Notes: generated from the letters alone by a model not told the origin. A stretch of DNA of 64,000 nucleotides from Klebsormidium nitens (GCA_000708835.1 DF237062.1:124001-188000); one strand, 5' to 3'. Positions 36,405 through 48,360 are shown, numbered from the stretch's first letter. A program made the numbers and translations.

Positions 36405-37502
36405 GATGCGGGCATGATGCTATCAGGAGTATCAGGTATTCTCTGCTTAGCAGAACTGCCAGAAGCGCAGGGGAGGCTCTCCAAATTTTGGAATGCAAGA
36501 ACTTCAGGCATGCTTGCTTTATCCTTTTTAGCTCGGTTTACTGACAAAGTCAGTACTGAGTACCGAGCTGTCGCAATTGACCCTGGGGCTTCGGAAAAGG
36601 GGGAAGTGGCGATGCAGACTGGATCACTCTATTAAGCCCGGTTCGGCCCATCGAACGCTGAATTCAGTGGTTCAAGGTCTGAAATCGCAGACTTCCTTTT
36701 TCGACGGGTTTTGAGGTTCGATGCCCCGAATATTTTTTTGGGGGCTAAACCCTGAACCCCTGCACGTGCCCATTCGATTGAAATTCGGTTGCGGCGGCGC
36801 GGACGTACCCGTACCTTGCGGCCGGCAGGGCGGCCACCAACTAGATTGGGTTTGAAAAAGACCCAGCTCCGAAAGGAACCTGGGCCTTCCAACTTATTTC
36901 AAGTAATAAACACAAATTAGGTAGGTGAATACTTATAGGCTAAGCCTACATGATACATAGGCCACTGGTATACGCCTTATACATAGGCCTAATAAATACA
37001 TAGCGTATATACGGTCTTAATAATAAGGCTCTCAAACCTGCGCACTGAAATCATGCAGAAAACCTGCGCACTGAAATTCATGCGAAAAAACCCAATATAT
37101 TACCGCCTTTCATGTAAACCGAGCGATTGCAGCGATTCGCTGCCTACATTTTTAAAAGTTTCTAGTGGAGCCGCCATCATGCGCAGCAGCCGGCCGCGGA
37201 CCGGGCCGGGCGTACGCTCGTCCCAGGGTTGCGCGGCTTTGGCTCCGGCGGAATCCAATCTTCTTCGCTCGACCGGAATCTGGCCAACAAAGAAAGATGA
37301 AAATAAATACGGTATAAGCCGTTTAAATAATAGGTAACCCGCACTGGGACGGGTAAGTTAGTGTGGAGGTCAGGGTGGATATGGGTGCGGAGCAGGTGTG
37401 CTTAATATTGGGTTTGTCTTTCAGTGTGAAACGGAGCTCAATATATGTTTTTGTCAGAACTCGCAGTCTGCAGCCTGCAGAGTCGGCATTGCAGCAGCCC
37501 CC

Positions 37503-40500
37503 ATGGCGTCCACAGCGAGCGTCAAGCTCTCTGCGAGGCCTCTTCCTCAAAGGTTGGGGAAGCTTGAAGATAGGCTTGTGGCTAGGTGTCCCTGTCAATG
37601 TCCTCTACCAGTTCAAAAGCACCAAGGCGTCGGTCTGAGGTCGACGCGGACAGGCGCTACAGCTCCAAATGTTGCTCAAAAGTCCAAAGCACCGACAGAG
37701 AGGCATAGAAGGGCTCTCCACTGTAGATCCGTGCTGGAAGCTCCGACAGCCGACACAACATCAGAAAAGAGGGAAGGAGCAGAAAATGGTGAGGCCAGTG
37801 GGAATGGGGCGCTGCATGGGCAGCAGGACGCCGCGAACGGCGTCAGCAATGGTCATGCTGACGTCATAGAGAACGGGGCAGGGGATAGCGCTGACGTCAT
37901 AGAGAATGGGGCAAGGGATAGCGTGCACAATGAGGAGGGAAGTGAGGGCGAGGGAGATGAAAGCGCAGAGGAGCGGAAAGCGAGGGAGGAGGAAGCGGCT
38001 TCGAGGAAGCTGGCGGCAGACCTTGCGGCGGAGGTGGCCAAGCGGCGGAACTTTGCAATCATATCGCACCCCGACGCTGGGAAAACGACGCTGGTGAGTT
38101 GCACCCCGCTCGTGATTTTCACATATCCCACCACCCCTCTCAACGGTGTGGTTTTAGCTGGCTTTGGTGGTAGTTGTGTGAAGTTATTCAAGAGTTCTTT
38201 TTAAGTCCTGCTGTGGAGAGGTTGGGCTTTTGCGCTCTCCTTCTGACATTCTAAAAGCTTTCCGCACCGGGGGAGTTCAGAGGTTTCTCCTATCCTAGAA
38301 GACAGATCTATTTCTTTAGCCCTGCCGTGTCTAGAGAAATGCAAGCCCCCAGTCTCAGGTACAATGTCTGTGGAAATATTTGAAGGCTTGAGACAAGGCT
38401 GTGCGGGTCAGCTCAGTTCTGTGCATCGGGTGTTTGAGGCTGTACTTTCTCAATTTTCCTTTGGTCCCAAGTTTCACTGAGCTGAGTGTGGTAGGGCGGT
38501 GGGGCCTTCCTGGCAGCACTGGGCCGCTAGCTGTAGCGTCACAGGACTCCTACTAGCAGAATCTGGAGGGCAGAGGTAAGAAACAAAGTGTATTTCCAAC
38601 GGTTACATTAAGCAGCTGGCGGTCATGAGACCGCAGATGATTATCATCCGAAATTCAGACGCCTGAGCCGCTCGCAAGGAATAGGTGTGAGTGAATTGTC
38701 TAACACCCTCCTGACCGTGTGCTTGCAAATGCAGACGGAGAAACTTTTGCTGTACGGAGGAGCCATCCATGAGGCGGGGGCGGTGAAAGCGCGCAGGGCG
38801 AGCAGGCACGCCACATCGGATTGGATGGCCATGGAACAACAGAGGGGTAGGCTTTCCTTCGGTCATTCTGTGCCTTGTTCTACTTGTCCCGGATTCTGCA
38901 TCTCGTTCTCTGCGAATCTGCCGCTTTTCTTAGACTGGCGGAGATTGTAAAGTAAGAGGATGTCCGACGTAGGCCCTGACACTGGCCTTGGCAACCAGTC
39001 ACACCGACGCTCTGGTTCACTGTAGTCCAAGTTGAAAGGTCGGTGCCAGAAGTGATTTAGAAGCAGGTGTGCTAGGAAACCAGTGCGCAAAGCAGAAACT
39101 CAAAGATGGGGCAGATTGTCTGCATCCTGTTGTAGGATGTGGAAACTTTTGCTTCTATGTGACCGCCCATCCCTTGTCAATCGAGGCTCACTGACGATTG
39201 TTTGGCTGCAGGTATCTCAATTACCTCAACGGCTATGGTGTTTGAAACCAAGGGCCACTCCATCACCCTCCTCGACACTCCAGGTGAGTGGCCGCACTTT
39301 CAATACTGCAATCGTTGACTGCAGGGTCACTGAAGAGCCCCTCGAGAGCCACGCTGACAGAACGGATGGAAGGAGAACATGGACTCTCGGTGGACTCCCT
39401 GGGTTACTCCCCCAACTAAAATCCCTGCGATCGACGGTCAAGTTTGGTGGTTTTACTTTACCCAGACCGTCGATTGTAGAGGGTTATAGTTAGGAGGGGT
39501 CTCTAATGTCGACTCGGAAGTCCATGTTTTCCCTCCATCCGTTCCGACAGTCTCTATTTCGTTTTGTAGCAAATGTCAGACCGTCTATTGCCGGCTTTCT
39601 GGTTCCACCTTGCTTTCTACCCCCCGTTTCCTTTTTCAGGGCCCTGGTAGTCCGATTTGTCAAGGAGAACCTTTGATTGGTCTTTGGCGATCATTTGAGT
39701 TTCGCTGTCAATCTTACACGGCTTCTGATGCCAGTTCTATGTCGTTTTTCTTCAGGTCACGCGGACTTTGGAGAGGACACATACAGGTAAGTCGATCCCT
39801 GCTCTGCAGCCTGCTCGCGAAGTAGTCAGCTATCCAGTTGGTAGCTCGCAGATCTCCTTGTATACGGGGGGTTCCCGAGTCGAGATGGTGCCGTCGCTTT
39901 TTCTCAGCAGTGTCTTCGAAAAGTGTCCTGCTTTCTGTGCCGCTCCTTCTCGGGCTCCTTACTCAACTGACAAGTCTTTTCGCCTTTCGTGGAGTCCGGG
40001 CGATTTTAAGGTGGTGATTGTCCACTCCCCAGGCAGTTTTTGGGCCCCAGTATATGGTCTTCCTCATCAAACTTTCCCGACAAAAGCAGCGTCAACGGAG
40101 TGCCCCACTTTCGCACCAGTGTAATCTTGTTTCCTCAGGATCAGGTCTAATGATAGAAAAGAGATAGGATCTGCTGGGATGAAAACCTTAAAGATTTCTC
40201 TCGCCAGGTTGCTTGCAGCTGCGGACAACGGGCTGATGCTAATAGATGCGGGCAAGGGGCTGGAGCCGTACAAAACAAACGAGGCTGAGTATTTCTGGAC
40301 AAACTTTTGAACCTCTAAACGACAATCAAATTAATCCGAACGCAATCTTCGCGGCGTTCCTTCGCGGAACACTTGCGGCTGCAGACAACTCGGTGATGCT
40401 GGTCGATGCGGGCAAGGGGCTGGAGCCGCACAAAGCAAACGAACAAAAAAACAATTAGACAAACATTCAAATATGTAATCATACAGTAAACAAACCGAGG

Positions 40501-43500
40501 CTAAGTTTCTGCGTTCCTTTCCAGGACGCTCGCGGCCGCAGACAACGCGGTGATGCTGGTCGACGTGGGGAAGGACTTCGAGCCGCACGATACCAGCAAA
40601 GACCGAACAGATGGAAAAGAATCCGAACGAGTAACAAATGAATAAAGAAGGCTAAGCCCCCATTCCGTCTCCAGGACGCTCGCGGCCGCAGACAACGCGG
40701 TGATGCTGGTCGACGCGGGGAAGGGTCTCGAGCCACAGACCCGGAAGCTGTTCGAGGTGTGCCGCATGCGCAAGCTGCCCGTCTTCACGTTCATGAACAA
40801 GCTGGACCGCCCCGCCAAAGAACCCCTCGAGTTGCTCGACGAGATCGAAAAGGAGTTCGCACTGCAGACGTACCCCGTCAACTGGCCGATTGGGTCTGGC
40901 GACCGGTGAGTGTGGGCTTGTGGTTCTGGGATACACGAGGTTTTGCGATGCTGGTTAGCGCGAAGCGTGGTTTCTCTGGGGAAAGAGAGTTTGGCCAGTC
41001 GCGTTTGCTCCTTTTGGGCGTGGGTGTAGATCTCCGAGGAGGAAGTTTTGAAGATACAGGTCGCAAGTCGAGCCCTCTGTCTATATTCTTCCTGGAAAAA
41101 GTCAGAAGCGTTCTTACGAGAAGGGCTCATGGTGGTGAATTTGACAAAAGTCTTCGGGCGATGCAGTTTCAGCTCCGCTGTGCGCTGCACCAGACAGCTC
41201 TGCGCTTCAGGAGAACTTAAACCTGGTAGAGCAACAACATATACCGGGTAGAGCAACATCATATTAAGCTCCAGCTCTCGATACCATACCAACACCGTTC
41301 ACATGCTTGAACATTCTGAAAAGCACCAACCAACGTTCCGTTGGCAGCACCTTTCTGCTTCCGCCTTCAGGCAACTTTTCTGTTGACTGGCTGCGCAAGG
41401 TTCGCCGGCAATTCTCGTCAACCGGGCCGACAACTTTCAGACGGGTTAAGCCTAGAGCCGCTTCCTGGTTGGTACCAAACCCTAAATCATCAAACTCACG
41501 CGCCAATTCATTGGTGTGTACGACTGGCCGCGCAGCGAGGTGCACCTCTTCCAACGGGACGCGTCCCTTGGGAAGTTGGGAGATTGCCAGCACAATCCCT
41601 TCCATCAGAAATAGTGGTATACTTTTACTTGTTAAAAACAATAGCTTAAGCCGAAAAGATTCCGTGCAGATTTGCCGGAGTATACCACCAGCCGCGCATT
41701 AAGGTTAACGTCTTCCAGCGAGCACGTTCCACGGGATCGGGAGGTTACTAGCACAATCTTTCAACAGGTTTAAGTTATCTTTCTTTCGCATTGAGAATCA
41801 AAGCATAAGCCGACAGAATTTCTTGTGCAGGTTCGTCGGAGTATACATTCCGCCGCGCAACGAGGTGCATTTCTTCCAACGGGACGCGTCCCATATAAGT
41901 CGGGACTTTTTCAGCGCAATCTTTCCTCAAATGGACTAACTTTCTTTATTCAGGTCGGAAACAAAAGCATAAATTGACTACATGTCTTGTGCAGGTTCGT
42001 CGGCGTATACCACCGGCCACGCAAAGAGGTCCACCTCTTCCAGCGGGACGCATCTCACGGGAGTCGGGAGATTATCAGCACGGTCTTGGCGGGCGACGAC
42101 CCGACGCTAAAAGATATTATCGAACCGGACCTGTACGAACAGCTGCAGGAAGAACTAGAGTTGCTAGAAGAGTTGACGCCGCCGCTGGACATGGACCGTG
42201 TGCGGAGCGGCGACTTGTCGCCGGTGTTCTTCGGGAGCGCGATGAACAACTTCGGGGTGAGGAACATGCTTCCTAATACAAAAGTAGGGTAAGGGCTAAA
42301 CTTACTGCAGACGCAAACGTAGAGCTGCGAACGAGTTGGAGCCAACGCACTCGAGTCTTGCAGGCGAACGAGGCTTTGTTGCCATTCATTCAACGTAGAG
42401 ATTACGGATTGCGGCTTTGTGACCATCTCCAAGCATTGATGTGCGGCTTCTATTGAGGTAGAACGTCCCGTAACTGTTCTGGCCCAGGCGAACACGCTCC
42501 AGTCTAGGAGGAGCACGCTCGTTCGTAAGTTTCGCGGGCCCGTTGTTTCCGTGAACATACTGGCTCGCAGTATTTGCAGCTAGGCAGCCACATTTCTTGG
42601 ACACAGCACTTGACTTGCAAAGTTGCTGTGATTCCAAATGGACCAAGCCAACGCCTTCTCCAACAACACTTTCGAAGCATCAAAGAAGGCACAGCTCCAA
42701 ACTATTCTCTGACTGGGCGTCTCCGTCCTCGCAGGTGGAGCTGTTTCTAGAAAGTTTTCTGGGCTACGCGGTCCCGCCGAAAGCGTACGAGAGCAGCCGC
42801 GGCGAGATCAGCCCCGAGTACCCGCACTTCACGGGCTTCGTCTTCAAGCTGCAGGCCAACATGGACCCGCGGCATCGGGACAAGGTCGCCTTCGTTCGCG
42901 TCTGTTCAGGTGCTGAGCTTCGCTTCTTCTTGATCTCGCGCTGTGCCTTGTTGTTACTACCTTCTTTTGCCTTTTTTGTTCCCTTTCCTAAGAGTTACCC
43001 CTTCGCCTTCTTTCCCCCTGTTCCGTCCTTGAGAGCGCCGTTTTTCTTGGTTCTGCGGTGTACTTCTAACAAGGTCTCTTTCCTGTGGTGCTCTAGTGCG
43101 GTGGTTCTGTCAAGTCAGAGGCTTTCTTTTCCGGCACATCCGTTTTTATCTCAGTTGTGCTTGACCTCCTTTCTGCTCTCCTCCGCTCATGAGGAATATC
43201 CTATCTTCTCGCCCAACGGAAAAGGTACGATCTCGCAGGTCTGCTTAGGTGCCTCCTTGTTCATTCGCCCTGTCCGAAGGACCTGCTCAGGTTCTGGCCG
43301 CCGTGTCTAGTGCATCTGCTTGCATCCGTTCCGTTCAGATTTCAGATTGGGACCACGGTGTTCACATTCCCGAATGCTGACGACGAAAGTTCAAACGGGT
43401 AAACGCGTCATTGTAAAGGCCGAGTGGAAAGCTGTCGTGGAAGTCGAAATGGGAAAGTCCATTGATCTCGTATCTCTCTGCTTCCAGGTCAATTCGAGAA

Positions 43501-46500
43501 AGGCATGAAGGTACAGTTGGCGCGTACGGGGAAGACCATCGCACTGACCCGGCCGCAGAAGCTGTTTGCGCAGGAGCGGAGCACCATGGAGACCGGCTTT
43601 GCGGGAGATGGTAGGCTTTTCTGTCTCCTTTCTGCTTTTGGGTTGCCTTTCTGTCGAATGCACTAAAGAACATGGTGTGCTCAGCGTTTTGAAACAGCCA
43701 TGTCTGTTTCGGAACCCTCACAGTCAAGATACCGGAGGATTGACGCTCGACTCTGGCAACAACAGGGCGCACGAGAGGATTTGAAATGATTAGTGAGTGC
43801 AGACGAACTGGACTGCTTAACCGAACCCGCATCCTCCGCACCTGTACTCACCTTAGACGTCACCCATCTTTGGGTTTCATGCTCAAGAAGAGGCCGCATA
43901 TGCTTCGTAGAGCTCTAGCTTTTTCAGCCCCCCCTCCTCCTTGCGGCAGTGAGTTGCAATCAGACACCCGGACGTTAGCACAGTTATCAACTTCTGAGTG
44001 TTGTTCCACGAGTAGAGTCCGGCTTCGTTCATGTGTTTCAGTGGCAGCAGCATCAAACAACCCACGTCTTCTTTCTTCCTTGCAGTGATCGGGTTGAACA
44101 ACCCGAACGCCTTTGCGATTGGCGACACGATCTTCTCGGGCCCCCGGTTGGCTTACCCGGCCATTCCGTGCTTCTCCCCCGAGCTGTTCATGTACATCAA
44201 AAACCCGAACCCGTCCAAGTACAAGCAGTTCCAAAAGGGCATCTCGGAGCTCCTGGGAGAGGGCGCCGTGCAAGTGCTCTACTCCATGGACCCGGGTCAG
44301 ACCAACCCAATCCTTGCGGCTGTCGGGCAATTGCAATTTGAGGTGGGTTCAGATATCGGGTTTTCGAGACTCCTGGTTGAAGTGGGTGCTATATTTGGCT
44401 GATTTTGCGCAGTGTTTTCTGAGCGGGTGCTTTACTCTGTAGACCCTGGGCAGACCAAACTCGATCCTCGCGGCCGTCGGGCAGCTACAGTCTGAGGTGG
44501 GTTTTCAGAGTTTCCGAGTTTGGGTTAGTTTTGGGATTCTGGAGACTTGGCAGCTGGTTTGCTGTATAGGGCACCCGGCAGATCAAGTACGTCGCAGTGG
44601 GATAGCGGCGGTTTGAGATGAGCTCTTGTGTGGGAGGAACTGGTTTGTACTGTGAGGTTGTGGTTTTGGAGGGACATTGTGGGAAATCATTTGGGCTCTC
44701 AAAATATCGGTTATGGGGTCCAAGCAGGAAGCCATGTTCCCAGGCCAGACCAACCCAATCCTCGCGGCAGTCGAGCAGCTGCATTCGAGGTGGGTTCCGC
44801 AGAGCGGATTTTTGTGCTATATGATCTTGAGATCCTCGGCTTTGCGGGTCTTGCGCTGTTGCGCTAAGGCGGGTTCCCGGGTTCGCTTCTTTTGAGCGGC
44901 CCTGTAACTCCGTGAATCCGGGGCAGCTCAATCGAACCCTCGCCGCCGTTGGGCACTTGCATTTTGACTTGCACGAGAGCAATTATGTCGTTTGGTACTG
45001 GGTTGAAAGAGATCCAGATGCACCGTGGGAGTGGGAAAGGCTGAGTTGGAACAACGATATCACTTTGGATATCGTCGTCCGACTCACGTTGTATCAAGGG
45101 TTCTAAGATGTGGATCTCGCGAATTTTCTTGTAGACTATTCCTTCGATACCAGAAGGGTCCTGAATAATGGGTTTCAGGGCCTGAAGTTTTGCGATGGCA
45201 CTCTACATCACGAACTTTGCGGCGTTGAGCGAAGGTGGGTCCTCGGGTTGATTCTCACTGAGTGGGCGCTTTACTCCAAGGACACGGGGCCAATCCCATC
45301 CTTCCTGTGGTTGGGCAATTGAACTTTGAGGTGGGTTCTGAATACCGATTTCTAAGGCCTCTTCGTTTAAAGTGGGCTCTCCAGTTTGTGGATGTTGCGG
45401 CGGTCGGTAAGGTGGGTCCTCTGATGTTTTTCGAGCGGGCGCTGTACCCTTTGAACCAGGGGTGACACCAATCCGGACCTCTTGGCCGTTGCGCAGCTGG
45501 TATTTGAGGTGGGTTCTTGGGGGTTCCCCATTTCGGGTCTCGGAAAGGGGAATTTGTGGGGGTGTCAGCAGCTCTCTTCCCCCCACGGGGCACCTGGCAG
45601 ATCGAGCCGATGCTTGTCACAGTCGGATACTTGCAGTTTGAGGTGAGCGCGCAATCTTATAAGGATCACGTCCTCTCAACTTTTCGTGAAACTGTTCTGG
45701 AGTTTTAGGTTACAAGGGTTTCCGAATGTGGGTTCTGGAGTCGAGGCGGAAGTGGAACCGGGGAAAACCAATCAATCCGATCCCGGTGGCCGTCGGGCGG
45801 CTGTCGTGCGAGCTAGGTTCGGGAATTGCTGGTTGCAACCGTCAACATTCATACAATCAATCAATTCGATGTGGTGGCTCAAGTCCCTATGTCCGTACGC
45901 TGGCAAACTTCGTTCGGATCATATTTGAGCGCTGCACCATCGCACCTCCATGAGACACCGCTTTTGCAATAGTTTCTAACCTAAAATGATCGGCAGATAG
46001 CCCGTTCTGGTGCATTCGTGCTCGTTCTCATTAGCACCTCCTGATATTTCTCTCTCTTTGCAGGTTGTGCAACATCGGATGCAGAGCGAATACAACGTTG
46101 ATACTACTTTGGAACCGATTGGTTACACCGTTGCACGTTGGGTCGTTGGCGGGTGGGATGCCCTCGAAAAAGTGGGCAGATTGTACAATTGTGCGACGGT
46201 AAAGGTGAGAGCATGTTTTAGATGCCTTTCCTGGCCTCGAGAATGGATCTCTTTGCTCGGCATTAGAGCTTCACTTTTCAGTCTGATGCGCCTCTCCTCG
46301 TTTTGATGGCTATCGAAATTTATCTAAACTTATCTTTTCACATGTTTTGTCAGGACGGGTTCACTCTCATACTAGAGCAATGTCCGACTCCGTCAAAAGA
46401 CATCTCGGTAATACTTGGAAGACAGCAGCCATCATATCAGAAATCCGCTTGCCAAGAAGGCTTTGATGTTTTATATATACCTGTGAGTGCTTTAAGGTTT

Positions 46501-46671
46501 TCAAAGGCGCTCTGCAGAGGTTTACTAACAATCATTGGTTTGTCGCAGGACATGTGGGGGCGCCCAGTGCTACTCTTCCGTAATGATTGGAACGTCTCGC
46601 AGTTGCTTAACGATAATCCTGAGATTGGCGAGCTAGCTCCATATTCACTTCCACCAACAGAACAAGGCTAA
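37503..46671 (+). CDS. prfC: Peptide chain release factor 3 (class II RF, translational GTPase), cyanobacterial type, with N-terminal transit-peptide-like extension; ~705 aa
   Basis: Exons 37503-38093, 38735-38846, 39212-39283, 39756-39786, 40675-40905, 41995-42256, 42735-42909, 43488-43610, 44086-44342, 46064-46204, 46549-46671 (2118 nt, in phase). Motifs: [113 protein letters not shown]. Confidence 0.96.
37857..37922 (+). repeat. 33-bp in-frame tandem duplication in the RF3 N-terminal extension
   Basis: gctgacgtcatagagaaYggggcaRgggatagc x2, encoding [11 protein letters not shown] and [11 protein letters not shown]. Confidence 0.85.
40195..40600 (+). repeat. Three decayed copies of the acceptor and first ~60 nt of prfC exon 5
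   Basis: Acceptor-equivalent positions are 40207, ~40367, 40524 and the real one at 40674 (spacing 160, 157, 150). The copies read like LAAADN(G/S/A)(L/V)ML(I/V)D(A/V)GK(G/D)(L/F)EP. Confidence 0.9.
41390..41935 (+). repeat. Three to four decayed copies of the acceptor and first ~90 nt of prfC exon 6
   Basis: Acceptor-equivalent positions are ~41399 (weak), ~41506, 41669, 41830 and the real one at 41994 (spacing ~163, 161, 164). Shared motif gaggtgcaYYtcttccaacgggacgcgtccc. Confidence 0.88.
44420..45820 (+). repeat. At least eight decayed copies of the last ~60 nt and donor of prfC exon 9
   Basis: Copies of ...gacccgggtcagaccaacccaatccttgcggctgtcgggcaattgcaatttgag|gtgggttc end near 44496, 44617, 44789, 44968, 45330, 45508, 45642 and 45812. 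Five keep GAG|GT. Confidence 0.88.
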
Positions 46672-47300
46672 CAAAACCACATAAAACAGAAGTCCGGATG
46701 TTCTCACTAACCAACAAGGATGCCGATGCAAAGACGTGTAATTGTCTTCGCCCTCATGTCTATCATTGTCAGAATGTGCTTCATGAAATCTCTGCTCATT
46801 GTATCCAGTTTCAAGCTCCTTGCTTCCGTTCCGCCGTAATACTAGACTAGTGCCTACCTGGTTATAGTCTATGCAACGGATTCCGTCGAAGCGCCGAGCT
46901 GGCACAGAATGAAAGAGGTCATGGGAAAGCTAATTTGGTAGTACCTAGTACCTACCCAAGTATACCTAGTGACTAGTGGTGTCATGCATGACTTTGAAAT
47001 ACCGTTCATTGACACATTGTCATGATTCCACCTTGTCAAAGCTGTACAGCAACAGAGGTATGTAGGTACGGTATACCTACTACAGTAGTCCTAGGTATGT
47101 ACCGGTATACTGTAGAGCGTCACCGTACAGGTAAGTACAGTGGTCCGGATACTGACCTGCCCTGGGATTCGATACTTATTACTGACCAGTGACCAGCCCT
47201 AGCTCTGTGATGGGCTGAAGTGCGAGCCTGAAGTACCGTGGGTACCTTGGTTGGTATTGCATAAAAATCGGTACTGACCAGGAGGTACCTACACTTCTTA

Positions 47301-47569
47301 TACCGTACCGCCAAGGGAAATCACACTACTGTTGGTGTGAAAACTTAATTTCGGTCATCCTGAGGTTTCACCCGACACCCTGAACGTGTTTCTTTCATTT
47401 CACACAAGAGCTTTTTTCACCCTTTTCCCCACTGAAAGTCGCCAAAATCACCGTCTTTCGTCGATTTTAAGCTTTCACCTTTTCACAGTCGGGGACCCAT
47501 TTAGTTTCAACTTTTTCACACAGGCCTCAAAATAATTATTTTAGTGTGATTTCCCTTGGCGGTACGGTA
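47301..47569. mobile_element. MITE, 265 bp plus TA flanks, Tc1/mariner (pogo/Tc2-like) type termini
   Basis: ta|ccgtaccgccaagggaaatcacacta ... tagtgtgatttcccttggcggtacgg|ta, a perfect 26-bp TIR. TA duplication and 5'-CCGTA ends are typical of the Tc1/mariner superfamily. Confidence 0.85.
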
Positions 47570-48360
47570 CCTACCTATTATTGTTCAATCACAGGTGGGG
47601 TCCCACTCACAGCCAAGAGGTACAGGGCAAAAGGAGAGAAAAAGAGAAAAAGCGGGGGAAAAGGAGATATAAGGGAGGGTTATGACCGCTCCTATAAGAT
47701 GAAATCAGGAATATGAATGAGCCATTGAGCCCCCAGATGGCCGTTCGATACAGTGATAATCCGATTCGACCGTCCGATGTTCAGAAAGTCATAAAGTGAC
47801 GAACAAATGACGTTGCATCAAATTGTATTTCCGGCGCCTCGGACCCCGGTCTGTGATCGACACGTGGGTCTTTTTGACACGCGGCCCAATCAAAACGGCG
47901 GATTTTATGTCCATGTCCCTATCTGAGTGGGACCGACAAAGGACTACTGTACAGTGTACCTAGTCTGTTGGAGTACAGTAGGTACTGAGCCGTGTGTGAG
48001 CGCCGGCCCCCGGGCCCCGGCCGGACCGCCGGCCCCAATCAAGACGACAGTATTAAATAAGGATATCCCTGATTCTTTTGTCCCAACCCTAGATTGCCGG
48101 TGTACAGCATACCGTACATACCGGTAGGTTGTACAGGAATCTGGATGCCGAAAAGCCCGGCCGGTGACCGAATGCCCCCCGGGCGGTCTTCATCAGGCAG
48201 CTCGCTGACCGTCGCCGCCTACGCCCAGATGCAGAAGTTGTGAATGTTCCTAATACGGCGACCTCTGGCTCTGATTGCGATCCCCCGACCGAAGGGAAGG
48301 TAGCGGGTACGGCAGTAGGTACCACCATTAATGCTACGGCTGTAATAGGTACTGTACGGT

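Noticed and set aside
37035-37085. aaacctgcgcactgaaat(t)catgc x2 upstream of prfC
   Set aside because: A simple local duplication with no evidence of a regulatory role.
44343-45820. Repeat-spacer appearance reminiscent of a CRISPR array
   Set aside because: The repeats are divergent copies of a eukaryotic exon end, the spacers are partly related to each other, and there are no cas genes.
47599-47934. Possible element bounded by ggtcccactca and tgagtgggacc
   Set aside because: Only an 11-bp inverted match and no target-site duplication.
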